A stretch of DNA of 64,000 nt, from positions 67,586-131,585 of IMG/VR virus record IMGVR_UViG_3300050336_000170; one strand, 5' to 3'. The stretch is from a virus. Its lineage: Duplodnaviria; Caudoviricetes. The notes under the pieces are model-generated. The model did not search any database. It had not been told where the DNA came from and saw only the letters and a list, made by a program, of their open reading frames with translations. Of the stretch, positions 29,573-39,493 are shown piece by piece. A program made the translations under genes and the position numbers. Positions within the stretch are counted from its first letter, which is position 1, and each line of letters starts with the position of its first letter.

Positions 29573-30022
29573 ATGGCAACTCTTTATTCTGAAATATATG
29601 ATTCGTTTCTTGAACAAGTTAGTGATACGGATTTATTTGCATTAACTACTTCAAATAGAGAATTACTACTGTATGGATTTATGAATCGAGCGTGTAATAA
29701 ATTCAATAGAATTTGTACTCTTGACTTAACCGATAGAGATGAAACTGTAAAACAGTTTAACGTTGACCTTACTAATGAAGATATTGACATTATTACTGCC
29801 GGAATGATTGTAGAGTGGTTAAGACCTAAATATTTATTTAGCGAACATATGAAAGTTGTTTTAAACACCAAAGATTATAATTTGTCATCTCCATGGAACA
29901 CACATAAAGAAACAAGAGAATCTTATAAAACCGCGCAAAGAGAATTTGAAAGTATGGTTAATAAATATTCCTATATACATGGAACTATAGAAGATTTATC
30001 AACGGAAGATTATTATGAATGA
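29573..30022 (+). CDS. Head-tail adaptor/neck protein
   Basis: MATLYSEIYDSFL...FNVDLT.E.IDII...M..EW; synteny. Confidence 0.65.
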   Translation: MATLYSEIYDSFLEQVSDTDLFALTTSNRELLLYGFMNRACNKFNRICTLDLTDRDETVKQFNVDLTNEDIDIITAGMIVEWLRPKYLFSEHMKVVLNTKDYNLSSPWNTHKETRESYKTAQREFESMVNKYSYIHGTIEDLSTEDYYE

Positions 30023-30353
30023 TAATAATAAAATTCCAACAAGTATGATTCAAAGTTATCTGAGTGGGCTAATAGATAAACTTTATAAAGTATTGCCAAT
30101 GAAAGAAAATAATGATGTAACTTTAAATACATATTCAGAAAGCCTTTTAAATGAACTAATTGGCGGTATTAAAATATTTACTACTTTTGATAGTGATACA
30201 AAAGCGAAATATTTAACTATGTTAAATGTTATTACGTTTCTAAACAAAAATGACTTTGATAATTCTACTTGTAAACGAGAAATATTTAAATGTATAAGGT
30301 TAGTTAGGGATATTCAATATAAAATAAAACAATATTCTAATAAAGGAGTGTGA
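30015..30353 (+). CDS. Hypothetical protein of neck region
   Basis: YKVLPMKE...CKREIFKCI. Confidence 0.7.
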   Translation: MNDNNKIPTSMIQSYLSGLIDKLYKVLPMKENNDVTLNTYSESLLNELIGGIKIFTTFDSDTKAKYLTMLNVITFLNKNDFDNSTCKREIFKCIRLVRDIQYKIKQYSNKGV

Positions 30354-30868
30354 AATTTAAATTGGAACTCCAAACAAAATGGTTTGAGGCTACTACGCCT
30401 ACTAATGCTGCAAAAGCAACTGCTTCAATTGGTACTGGAGATAATGGAACTGTAGTAGTTGAATATGATGATGTTGGAACGGAAGGAAATGATTATGAAA
30501 TAGCTATTGTTATTGATGAAGGTGCAGATGCAGACATGGCAGTTGCTCTAGCTAATGGAGTTATTACAGTTACGCTAGGTACTGGTGAAGTTGCTGGCAC
30601 TGTTGATGACACTAAAAACACTGCAACTCTTATAGCTACTGATATTTCAGCTATTACTGGTTTTACGGCAACGGCTAGTGGAACTGGTGCGGATTCTATT
30701 AGTGAAGCAACAACAGAAAATGTGGCTTTTACTGGTGGGGCATATTGTACACCGTTCTATGGTGATGAAGCTTGGCTTTATATAGGCTCTACTTATTATC
30801 GCTGTTCAAAACCTTGTGATACGTATACTACTGATGCTTGGCAGTCAGTGGCTTTTACAACTCTATAA
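30350..30868 (+). CDS. Thr/Ala/Gly-rich virion accessory protein
   Basis: Beta-rich composition; start may be TTG at 30362. Confidence 0.6.
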   Translation: MKFKLELQTKWFEATTPTNAAKATASIGTGDNGTVVVEYDDVGTEGNDYEIAIVIDEGADADMAVALANGVITVTLGTGEVAGTVDDTKNTATLIATDISAITGFTATASGTGADSISEATTENVAFTGGAYCTPFYGDEAWLYIGSTYYRCSKPCDTYTTDAWQSVAFTTL

Positions 30869-30891
30869 ATCTTTGAGAAGGAGGATTATCG

Positions 30892-31899
30892 ATGGCTGTA
30901 AATTGGGATTTGTATGAAGATAGATTGACTATTAATGGGACTACTCAAAGAGATAGAATAATTAACGAGACTAAGAACAATATTACCAGCAAGATTGTTA
31001 ATTCTCCTTCATATCAAGTTGTTGCTATAAACTCTGTTTCTAGTCATTTAGTAGTAAATTCATTATCTGGAATTAGTACAAGTGATAGTTTAAATACTAA
31101 ACAGATTAATTCAATACCAGATGAATCATTTAACTTAGGAGATGTTATTTCGTGGGATAGTTATAGTTGGTTAGTTACTGAGGTTGATAATGATAATGAA
31201 ATTTATACAAAAGGCAAAATGACTCAATGTAATTATACAATAAAATTCCAAAACAAATTGACAGGTGATATACTCTCCTATCCTTCTATAGTTGAATTTG
31301 ATGGTGGTAGTTTTGATTATAACAACAATCAAATAACTACGTTAAATTCAACCTCAAAGATAAAATTAAGGTTTGATCAGTTTTCTTCTCAACTAACCGA
31401 AGGAGATCGTTTGATTCTGGATTGGAGAAATACAAACAAGCCAAATACATATAAGATTTCTAGTGCAATACAGAAGTCATATGATGGTACTAATGGAATT
31501 ATTGAGTTAGTTTTAGATAGAGATGAATTTACACCAGAAATTGATAATTTAGAATATAAAATATGTAACTATTTTGAAGTGACTCATAGTGAAGGTACTG
31601 CTGAAATTTTGTACTCAGGTGATTGTGTAATTAAGGTTGGGGGTAGCTATAAGACCTTCACATGTAAATTTGTCGATAGTGAAGGCACAGAACTAGACTT
31701 AACGCCTATCTGGTCGATGACAAGTTCAATAACTGATGCAGAATCCTATTTTACTACTGTTGTTGATAATACTAATAATTCAATTAAAATAAAATGCTCA
31801 GATAACGAAAGTTTAATCGGTAGTACGCTTACGCTTAATCTTACAGAGTCTACAGGTACATATAATGCCTCACTTGAAATAGAGGTGATATCACTCTAA
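30892..31899 (+). CDS. Head-closure/neck protein with C-terminal Ig-like domain
   Basis: GDVISW...WLVT...KGKM.QCN; IKVGGSYKTFT. Confidence 0.65.
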   Translation: MAVNWDLYEDRLTINGTTQRDRIINETKNNITSKIVNSPSYQVVAINSVSSHLVVNSLSGISTSDSLNTKQINSIPDESFNLGDVISWDSYSWLVTEVDNDNEIYTKGKMTQCNYTIKFQNKLTGDILSYPSIVEFDGGSFDYNNNQITTLNSTSKIKLRFDQFSSQLTEGDRLILDWRNTNKPNTYKISSAIQKSYDGTNGIIELVLDRDEFTPEIDNLEYKICNYFEVTHSEGTAEILYSGDCVIKVGGSYKTFTCKFVDSEGTELDLTPIWSMTSSITDAESYFTTVVDNTNNSIKIKCSDNESLIGSTLTLNLTESTGTYNASLEIEVISL

Positions 31900-32373
31900 A
31901 TGTATCTTGATCAATTTACGAATTACAAATATGAGATTATAAAGAAATTTATAAATTCCCAAGAGATAATTGACCTTCTAAAAAATCAAGTTGGAACAAG
32001 TCTTGAAGAAATAGATTCAATCATTGACGATCAGATTATGAGCTATCGTTTTGTGCCGCAAGTAGACAATGTAACTAAGAGTTATATTACTTTAAGCACA
32101 AGAGTATCAAGAGTAGAAAACAATAAAATTCTTGAGATTCAAACTTCAGTATACATTATTGTGCCTTATGCACTTATCAAGTTGCCATCTTTGTTTCGTA
32201 GGCGTGGTAATAGAATTGATTGCCTTATTTATGAGATAAATAAGATTCTTAATGATACAAGGACATTAAAAAGTATAGGTAAAATTCAACTTCTGCCAAA
32301 TGCTCCCTTCTCGCCAGCAGATAACCATGATGGTTACGAAATTCGGTTTTTGACAACTGATTTTAATACATAG
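31900..32373 (+). CDS. Tail terminator-like protein
   Basis: Synteny; NRID.L...I.KILN. Confidence 0.55.
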   Translation: MYLDQFTNYKYEIIKKFINSQEIIDLLKNQVGTSLEEIDSIIDDQIMSYRFVPQVDNVTKSYITLSTRVSRVENNKILEIQTSVYIIVPYALIKLPSLFRRRGNRIDCLIYEINKILNDTRTLKSIGKIQLLPNAPFSPADNHDGYEIRFLTTDFNT

Positions 32374-32382
32374 GTAAGTAAT

Positions 32383-33099
32383 ATGGATAAAGGTTTAGTT
32401 ACTTATGTGAAGTTAAATGCATTATTAAATCAACCTATTTTAATTGATGCGACAATTGGTTCTGTTATATGTCCAAAACTAAGTTCATTTAATGGTACGA
32501 TTATTTTATATAATAATAATGTACATAGATTTATTGAATTATATGATGAAAATACATTTAACTTTTTTGAAATATTAAAAAATGATGGAGAGTCTATAAG
32601 AGATTTTGCAGTTTTTGCTTTGAACTTTTTTAACGCTGATACGGTTAAGCTTCAAGATAGCTCTATATTCTATGTAAAAAAAATTAATGGGATAGATAAT
32701 GTAGTCAGCAGATTATATAAAGACAATATTAAACTATTTATTGATATACTTAAAGTTATACATTGGCAAGATGATTATCTTGATGGTTTTGTACCTAAAA
32801 ACAAACTTGAAGCAGAAATGTATGAGAAAGTTAAAAAAGGCAGAAAAGCTGTTAAAGAAAAAGCATCTCAAAAAGATGGAATTGGTTTGTTAGAAATTAT
32901 AAGTTCTATATGTGCTAGACACCCATCATTAAATTTAATAAATATACAAGAACTAAATTATTATCAGATTATAGATCAATTCCATAGATTAGGTTTAATT
33001 GATAGTTGGGATGTAAATATGAATGCACTTACTTCTGGTAATTTATCAGATGATGGTAAGAAACAAATAAAACATTATACAGCCAAAACAGATGATTAA
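32383..33099 (+). CDS. Conserved tail-region protein
   Basis: IISSIC...LNYYQI.DQF.RL pattern. Confidence 0.6.
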   Translation: MDKGLVTYVKLNALLNQPILIDATIGSVICPKLSSFNGTIILYNNNVHRFIELYDENTFNFFEILKNDGESIRDFAVFALNFFNADTVKLQDSSIFYVKKINGIDNVVSRLYKDNIKLFIDILKVIHWQDDYLDGFVPKNKLEAEMYEKVKKGRKAVKEKASQKDGIGLLEIISSICARHPSLNLINIQELNYYQIIDQFHRLGLIDSWDVNMNALTSGNLSDDGKKQIKHYTAKTDD

Positions 33100-33120
33100 T
33101 GTCATCTGTTTTTATTTTTT
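33085..33120 (+). terminator. Intrinsic terminator
   Basis: AAAACAGATGA/TCATCTGTTTT plus T-run. Confidence 0.6.
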
Positions 33121-33143
33121 ATAAAAGGATTGGTGAAAAATAA

Positions 33144-33941
33144 ATGAGTAAAACATTTGGCATCAAAGAAGTAATTGACTTCAATGTCGAAGAGTTTTCT
33201 GCTACTGGTCGTGGCGATATACTTTTCTCTGTCGATTATGCGACTGAAACATCTATTAATACTACTGCTGAAAGGCTTCCTATCCGTGGTGGTCAGGGCA
33301 ACTTTAAAATTATGGACTTTGACTATCAGGCAGATTGTACGTTCAATGCTACATTGCCTTTGATTGACATTGAGGCTCTTGCGGTAAAACTTGGTCGTAG
33401 TGTAACAACTGGTGCTACTACGGCAACTAAGAAGGAAATTCTTGCTGCAAGTGCTTCAAATACTATAACGCTTTCTCAGACACCTCTTGCAAATACTTTA
33501 AAGATTTACAAACTTGAGGGAGAAAGAGATTTGGGTGTTGAACAAACTGCTGGCACTCCTGCAAGTAATCCTAATGAATATAGTATTTCTACTTCTACTG
33601 TAACATTGAATGCTACCACTGCTCCAACAGGAACGCAGTTTATTGTCTTTTATGATTATACAAGTGGTACTGCTGCACAGAACATTAAGATTACTGCAAA
33701 TAACTTCCCCAGATATATTCGTATTACAGGTAGAGGTTTTGCAACGGATGACGTTACTGGTGAACTTGTTCCTGTATCGTTTGATGTTAAGAAAGCAAAA
33801 GTACAGCCTTCTTTTGAATTTACACTTTCTAGCGATAGTGCTACAACTCTTAATTTTGCTTGTGATTGTTATAGTGTCATTGATAGTGAAGGTGATAGAT
33901 TGTATGTTAATATTGTAAAACTTAATGATGAGGTTGCCTAA
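33144..33941 (+). CDS. Major tail tube protein
   Basis: FGIKEV, IRGGQGN, KAKVQPSFEFTLS; highly expressed codon usage. Confidence 0.8.
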   Translation: MSKTFGIKEVIDFNVEEFSATGRGDILFSVDYATETSINTTAERLPIRGGQGNFKIMDFDYQADCTFNATLPLIDIEALAVKLGRSVTTGATTATKKEILAASASNTITLSQTPLANTLKIYKLEGERDLGVEQTAGTPASNPNEYSISTSTVTLNATTAPTGTQFIVFYDYTSGTAAQNIKITANNFPRYIRITGRGFATDDVTGELVPVSFDVKKAKVQPSFEFTLSSDSATTLNFACDCYSVIDSEGDRLYVNIVKLNDEVA

Positions 33942-33943
33942 TA

Positions 33944-34139
33944 ATGCATTTGAAGTATACACATCCTGCTGCAATGGGATATGATACTAATAAAATATAC
34001 TTATTAGATGAAATTAAAAAACAAACATACAATTGAAATGATTAAGGTATTTTTTACTCCGATTGATTTCAAATGGGCAGATATTGAACGCAAAACAAAG
34101 AATAAAGAAAAAGAACACACAACTGAGGATAATAAATAA
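33944..34139 (+). pseudogene. Small gene frameshifted at an A6 run; paralogue of the next gene's N-terminus
   Basis: Frame 0 MHLKYTHPAAMGYDTNKIYLLDEIKK stops at 34034; +1 frame continues NKHTIEMIKVFFTPIDFKW; aligns with MAYLRYTYPAA...WFTPIDFEW. Confidence 0.7.
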
Positions 34140-34242
34140 TACTGAGGGGAGTGGAGTGGCAACACAAAAATAATCCACTCTTCTCCCCTATTTTTTACGA
34201 TTTAAATAATAATTTAAATAGAAGTTGGTGATTAAAAATAGT

Positions 34243-36717
34243 ATGGCATATTTACGATATACATATCCTGCTGCCAGTATATATGAACTTAATAAACCAT
34301 ATTCATTGGCTGAACTTAAATTAACATTATCAGATGAACTTATACAATGGTGGTTTACTCCAATTGATTTTGAATGGGGAGAAGAAGGAACTAACCCGTA
34401 TATATCATATCCACCTGATGTTTTTATTTTCCACAATACTGTGACATCTATTGGTAATGGAACACTATTAAAAGCTGACGGTAATGATGCAATAAATATT
34501 GCGTTTTCAATAAGTGATGGTGGATCGTTTACTGCTTATTTTGAAGGTCAAATTGTAAGTGGTGGTAGTTGGTATCCTGTAGATGCAATGAGTATTAATG
34601 ATAACAATATATGTACATATACATCAGACGCAACAGATGTATATCAAATACATTTAAGAGAATGGACATACATTCGTGTAAGGATATCTGCCCTGTCTGG
34701 TACATTAACTTGTATTGGTAAAAAAGTTAATTCTGATAATGTAGATATTACAGCAAGAGATATGGCATTAGACAATAGTACACAAATTAGCCAATTAGAC
34801 ACGCTAAAAACAAAGGCTAGAACATATGCAAGAAACCGGCACACTAATCCACAAAGTAAAGGAGGCGCAGTTTCTTCAAGTTCTGCATACGCCGCCTCGG
34901 AAATAACGTCAGGACTTCCAGATGGTTTTACATATGGAACTAAAACGATTAGACAATATTCAAACAACGCTGTTGTTTCTGGACTTTATTTTGGGCCATC
35001 GGACGGATCACTATCGGACGCAATACCTGTAACACCGGGTGAAGTTATTTCAATCGGACTATATATATGGACTAATGACAACCTCGGAGGAACTGGCACA
35101 ATTGGAGCGAGAGTTAGGCCGAGATATTATGATGCAAACAATGCATTAATTTCTACGGGAACAGCAATTAACAACTCTGCAATTGCGTTAAGCACATGGG
35201 AATTGCGCGTTCAAAACGGAATTACAGTTCCAGCAAATGCTACACACATGGCTATTGAGGGTATTGTTGGAGCAGTCAGCGGAGGAACATCAACAACTGG
35301 ATCAGAAACGCGCATGACCGGCGCAATCATCGTAAGCGGGACAATGATACCAGAATACGGAGATGGTACTTTTCCTTATTGGGTATGGAACGGAGCAGAA
35401 CACGCTTCAACTTCAGCAAGAATATGGCAAAGCGATGAAGAAGTTTCAATGCCTATCAAACTCGTTGCATCAGGAAATACACTTATTATAACTGAAACGG
35501 TAAATGGAAAATCTCTTGTTACCACTGCCTCAAAAGTTGGTTCAAAAAACTTTATGTTTAATTTTAGTACACTCACATACGATGGCGCATCAATATCAAC
35601 CGTTACTGACGATATACCAGCTATTAGAACGCAAATGGGAACCATTGGGGCAAACCACGGTTTTACATGTATCGGAATTTTCAATAACCCTGACAGCAAA
35701 ACAATATCTGACATTGGTTCTGTTTGGACTGATGGAATGCGCGAATATGTCTTGTTCGGACTCACATCAGATAATCGTCTCAAAATAGGCGGTTCATACA
35801 GTGGAACTCCGGTTATTTCTGAGAATGTATCTCCAATTACTAACCTTACACATGTTTCTGGTGCAACGCATACAGGTACGATTGATTATACAACGCTAGT
35901 CGCTGGCAGTTCAGCATCAAGTGATTATATGCTAACACCAGGTACAAATACGCGCCGGAAACTAAACATTTTGATGGACGGTGCTGATATTTCGTCTGAC
36001 GGAACATATTACGGACATAAACTCACGATCAGAGAAGCGTATGAAATTGTTGATTATGCCAGTTTATACGATGTGTGCAAAGCAAACATAGGCACTGCTA
36101 TAACAAGTCTTACTGTTGAAGGTTCGGTTTTGGTTCATAATATTTTTGAATGGACTGGCGCAGGACGCATCCGTGTTATCAATACTCTTGATGAACTTAA
36201 ACCAACCACATTGGAGGCAACTAACGGGATAGTGGCGGCTGCACTATCGCGCACAGGATATACCACAAGACGATACATACCGGGTACTGGAGTTGTCGGT
36301 GGGTTTAACTGGTCAAATGGTGTTGATCTTACATCGTATAGCTCAAATGTTATTACACAATCGACTGATTTGCTGTCAACTGGTCAAGTATCAGCTTTTA
36401 GCTTAGATACACTTGACCTTTCTGGTGTTGTTAATCTTGGGTTTGCTATCGGATATGAACCCAACAGGACGAGCGCGGCTTCAAGATCAGCAAGGAGACT
36501 AACAAATTCGTCTACGACACTTTGGGATATGAGGAACACAAAGAAATGTTATCCCACCTATACCACAGGCGAAGATGCTGGGTGGGGACACATTGAAGTA
36601 ACCGGATACCGCTGTTATCTTAGCCCATCGCAAGTCAGCGAGGTATTGTCTTATGCGTCAAATGCGATAGCTTCTTATGCCGCGCTTGCTACGGCAATGG
36701 ATTTGCCGATCTTATAG
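34243..36717 (+). CDS. Large mosaic virion/receptor-binding protein with carbohydrate-binding-like domain
   Basis: Beta-rich; abrupt GC rise after ~34800; GANHG motif; start probably ATG 34243. Confidence 0.7.
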   Translation: MAYLRYTYPAASIYELNKPYSLAELKLTLSDELIQWWFTPIDFEWGEEGTNPYISYPPDVFIFHNTVTSIGNGTLLKADGNDAINIAFSISDGGSFTAYFEGQIVSGGSWYPVDAMSINDNNICTYTSDATDVYQIHLREWTYIRVRISALSGTLTCIGKKVNSDNVDITARDMALDNSTQISQLDTLKTKARTYARNRHTNPQSKGGAVSSSSAYAASEITSGLPDGFTYGTKTIRQYSNNAVVSGLYFGPSDGSLSDAIPVTPGEVISIGLYIWTNDNLGGTGTIGARVRPRYYDANNALISTGTAINNSAIALSTWELRVQNGITVPANATHMAIEGIVGAVSGGTSTTGSETRMTGAIIVSGTMIPEYGDGTFPYWVWNGAEHASTSARIWQSDEEVSMPIKLVASGNTLIITETVNGKSLVTTASKVGSKNFMFNFSTLTYDGASISTVTDDIPAIRTQMGTIGANHGFTCIGIFNNPDSKTISDIGSVWTDGMREYVLFGLTSDNRLKIGGSYSGTPVISENVSPITNLTHVSGATHTGTIDYTTLVAGSSASSDYMLTPGTNTRRKLNILMDGADISSDGTYYGHKLTIREAYEIVDYASLYDVCKANIGTAITSLTVEGSVLVHNIFEWTGAGRIRVINTLDELKPTTLEATNGIVAAALSRTGYTTRRYIPGTGVVGGFNWSNGVDLTSYSSNVITQSTDLLSTGQVSAFSLDTLDLSGVVNLGFAIGYEPNRTSAASRSARRLTNSSTTLWDMRNTKKCYPTYTTGEDAGWGHIEVTGYRCYLSPSQVSEVLSYASNAIASYAALATAMDLPIL

Positions 36718-36739
36718 TACACTAATTTTACCATTAGTG
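34775..36739 (+). repeat. 24-bp direct-repeat pair enclosing the GC-richer 3' module
   Basis: 34775 ATAGTACACAAATTAGCCAATTAG vs 36714 ATAGTACACTAATTTTACCATTAG (19/24); second copy contains palindrome CACTAAT-N6-ATTAGTG. Confidence 0.8.
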
Positions 36740-36822
36740 GAGCAAAGTAAGTAAATATATTGAAGTAAATAAAATACTTGTTTGCTCGGTTTTAAAGTGA
36801 GTTTATAAAAGAGGAATATTGA

Positions 36823-37455
36823 ATGTTAAATAGCAGAGATATTAATTTGCTTCAACCAAATGTTGCTGAAAACTGTAAAAAGTTAATTGAACTTGCTGCT
36901 TTGGAAGGTTGGAAAGTTTTAGTTACTGGCACAGTAAGAGATGATGAATATCAGTTGAAGTGCTATAACGAAGGACACTCAAATGCTAAAATTCCTAGTT
37001 TTCATAGTGTCAAAGCAGGATTAGCTTTTGATATCTGTCAGAACATTAAAGGCCATGAATATGACAATAATAACTTTTGGAAAGCAGTTAGTAGAATTGG
37101 TAAACAAATGGGTTTCACATGGGGCGGCGATTGGAAATCAATTGTAGATAAGCCTCATTTTCAATGGGACGAATACGGAAAATACACAAGTAGTATGATT
37201 AGGTCAGGTAAATACCCTGATCCTATGCCTTTATATAATGAAGTTAAGGATGAAGAAGAAATGACAGGCGAAGAAATTTATAAAAAACTAACAGAATATC
37301 TAGCTACATTGCCTTGTCCAGAATGGGCAGAGGAAGAATACCAAAAAGCAATTGAAGATGGAATAACTGATGGGACTTATCCAATGCAGTTTACACCTCG
37401 TTATCAAGCCGCAATCATGGATAGTAGAACACTTAAAAAATCGAAAGGTGAATAA
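36823..37455 (+). CDS. Endolysin, M15 family (L-Ala-D-Glu peptidase-like)
   Basis: R...Q, SFH...GLAFD, WGGDW...DKPHFQ; SLH-like tail (WA...GITDGT.P...R). Confidence 0.9.
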   Translation: MLNSRDINLLQPNVAENCKKLIELAALEGWKVLVTGTVRDDEYQLKCYNEGHSNAKIPSFHSVKAGLAFDICQNIKGHEYDNNNFWKAVSRIGKQMGFTWGGDWKSIVDKPHFQWDEYGKYTSSMIRSGKYPDPMPLYNEVKDEEEMTGEEIYKKLTEYLATLPCPEWAEEEYQKAIEDGITDGTYPMQFTPRYQAAIMDSRTLKKSKGE

Positions 37456-37463
37456 TTAATAAT

Positions 37464-37841
37464 ATGTGGCAGGTTATATTGCAGAATATTACATACGTAA
37501 GTATAGCTTTTGGGATATTCTTTATATGCGTTATTGCAAATATCATAGCGAGTGTCTTTTATAATACTAATAATTTGAAGCAGGTATTTGATGTTAAGAG
37601 GTTATTTACTGGTTTTATTAAAATGATATCTGTTGGGATCACAACAGCGATACTTGCTATTGTTGCATCCTTGTTACCAATTGTAATTCAGATATTTAGT
37701 ATTGATATTCCAGACAACGTTGAAAACACATATACAGTGATCGCAATAGGGTTACTCTATTTCAACGCGATAAGAAAATACTTCACAGAAGCATTTAATA
37801 CAATTAAAGAAATACTCGAAAATAAAGAGATGATAGAGTAA
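37464..37841 (+). CDS. Putative holin
   Basis: Three hydrophobic segments; follows endolysin. Confidence 0.7.
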   Translation: MWQVILQNITYVSIAFGIFFICVIANIIASVFYNTNNLKQVFDVKRLFTGFIKMISVGITTAILAIVASLLPIVIQIFSIDIPDNVENTYTVIAIGLLYFNAIRKYFTEAFNTIKEILENKEMIE

Positions 37842-37844
37842 CTT

Positions 37845-38879
37845 ATGATAAAAGTATTATCAGAAAATAAATATATTTTCGATAAATTAGGCATTTCAAA
37901 ATGGCATGAAAGAGGATATGATGGCAGTTTAGGTTGTTCATTAACATTTGAAAGACCATACATATATGACTTTTTAAAAGGTCAAGTTGAAAACCTTTGG
38001 ACAGATCAATATCCAATTCTATCATATAGTGATCATGCCTATCAAACATTAATGGTACATTTGCAACTTGCACCAGCAAGAAAAGTATATTCTGTTGTAG
38101 ATTCAGTTCAAATTGATGGCTATGGAAACATTAGTGGATTTTTAGTTGATACACTAATACCTTGGATGCTTCAAAATAAACCCGATACTGGATTTAGAAG
38201 CAAAAACGTACATATATCTGGATTGGATTCCGCATACGATAAGATAATGTCGTTTTGTACATTCTGTAATTCAGCAGGAAATTATGATATTCAAGATTTT
38301 TCTGATTCTATTATAGATAAAGCGTGGTTAGGCATAGGGGCCATAAATAGTAATTTTAAACCAGAATCATATTCTAGTGTAAGCGAATATGTTGATTTTA
38401 GTGGTATCGCCCCATTCTATATACCTACTACTAATGGAAAAGCTATGGAGTTCTGGGGTACATCGTGTGCTGCTCCTTTTCTTTCAGGTCAAATAGCATT
38501 AGTTAATCATTTTTTCATTAAGCATATTGGTAGGTCGTTATCATTTGATGAGATGTATAATTTTATTAAATCTCATTGTCAAGATATAACATCAACAGGT
38601 ATAGGTAAAGACAATAAAACTGGATGGGGCGTATTTATATTGCCTGATCCAGATACAATTAATCCTTATGATTGGATTAATAAAGAAAGCGATGAGTTAG
38701 ATATGGCAGAAAAAGATAATGAATTTAAAACTTGGAGTTCTGAAGCTGGTCAATGGGCTACCACCAACGGCATCTTAATTGGTAATGAAATAGGAGACTA
38801 TATGTTATCTGAGTATTGTACAAGAGAACAGATGATTGTATTTCTCTATAGATTATATAAGTTAATTAAAGGAACATGA
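37845..38879 (+). CDS. Subtilisin-like (S8) serine protease with SLH-like C-terminus
   Basis: DH, SAGN, GTSCAAP, GKDNKTGWG; C-terminal W...WA..NGIL.G...TREQMIVFLYR. Confidence 0.85.
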   Translation: MIKVLSENKYIFDKLGISKWHERGYDGSLGCSLTFERPYIYDFLKGQVENLWTDQYPILSYSDHAYQTLMVHLQLAPARKVYSVVDSVQIDGYGNISGFLVDTLIPWMLQNKPDTGFRSKNVHISGLDSAYDKIMSFCTFCNSAGNYDIQDFSDSIIDKAWLGIGAINSNFKPESYSSVSEYVDFSGIAPFYIPTTNGKAMEFWGTSCAAPFLSGQIALVNHFFIKHIGRSLSFDEMYNFIKSHCQDITSTGIGKDNKTGWGVFILPDPDTINPYDWINKESDELDMAEKDNEFKTWSSEAGQWATTNGILIGNEIGDYMLSEYCTREQMIVFLYRLYKLIKGT

Positions 38880-39091
38880 GTATATAACTATCATGTTTTA
38901 TTTATCACAGAAAGATGGTGATACATAAAAATGGCAAATGGAGCATTAGGATTTATAAAGTTGAGCAAGAACACCCGTGACTTTAGTCATGGGATGAATT
39001 GCAGACATATGTTAGTATAAAACAAAAGGTAAACTGTTGAAAATACTTGACTAATTACCATACATATGTTAATCTATATCTGGTGATAAAT

Positions 39092-39493
39092 ATGGAAATA
39101 AAGTCAGGTAGAGGTTATGTATATTCAATTCAATATCATATTGTATGGTGTGTTAAATACAGACATAAAATATTAATAAATGATATTGAATTAAGATTAT
39201 TTGAAATACTTCAAAAAATAGCTGAAGATAATGGATTCACAATAATTGAATTAAACGCCGATAAAGATCATGTACACTTGCTAATAGATTGTACCCCTCA
39301 ACATTATATACCTGATATGATAAAAGCTCTAAAAGGTGTAAGTGCAAGGATATTAATGAAAGAATTTAGTGATGCGCTTAAAAAGAAATTATGGGGAGGA
39401 CATCTTTGGAATCCATCATATTTCATTGCTACGGTCAGTGAAAACACAGAAGAACAAATAAGAAATTATATTCAAAAACAGAAAGAGAGGTGA
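39092..39493 (+). CDS. tnpA: Y1 HUH transposase
   Basis: [14 protein letters not shown], catalytic YI; start corrected to ATG 39092. Confidence 0.95.
   Translation: MEIKSGRGYVYSIQYHIVWCVKYRHKILINDIELRLFEILQKIAEDNGFTIIELNADKDHVHLLIDCTPQHYIPDMIKALKGVSARILMKEFSDALKKKLWGGHLWNPSYFIATVSENTEEQIRNYIQKQKER

Noticed and set aside
34013-34040. Classical -1 tail-chaperone frameshift
   Set aside because: The -1 frame stops within a few codons; only the +1 frame restores homology
34200-34219. ATTTAAA-TAATAA-TTTAAAT as a cassette site
   Set aside because: Right geometry but arms differ from consensus and it is pure AT, so chance is likely
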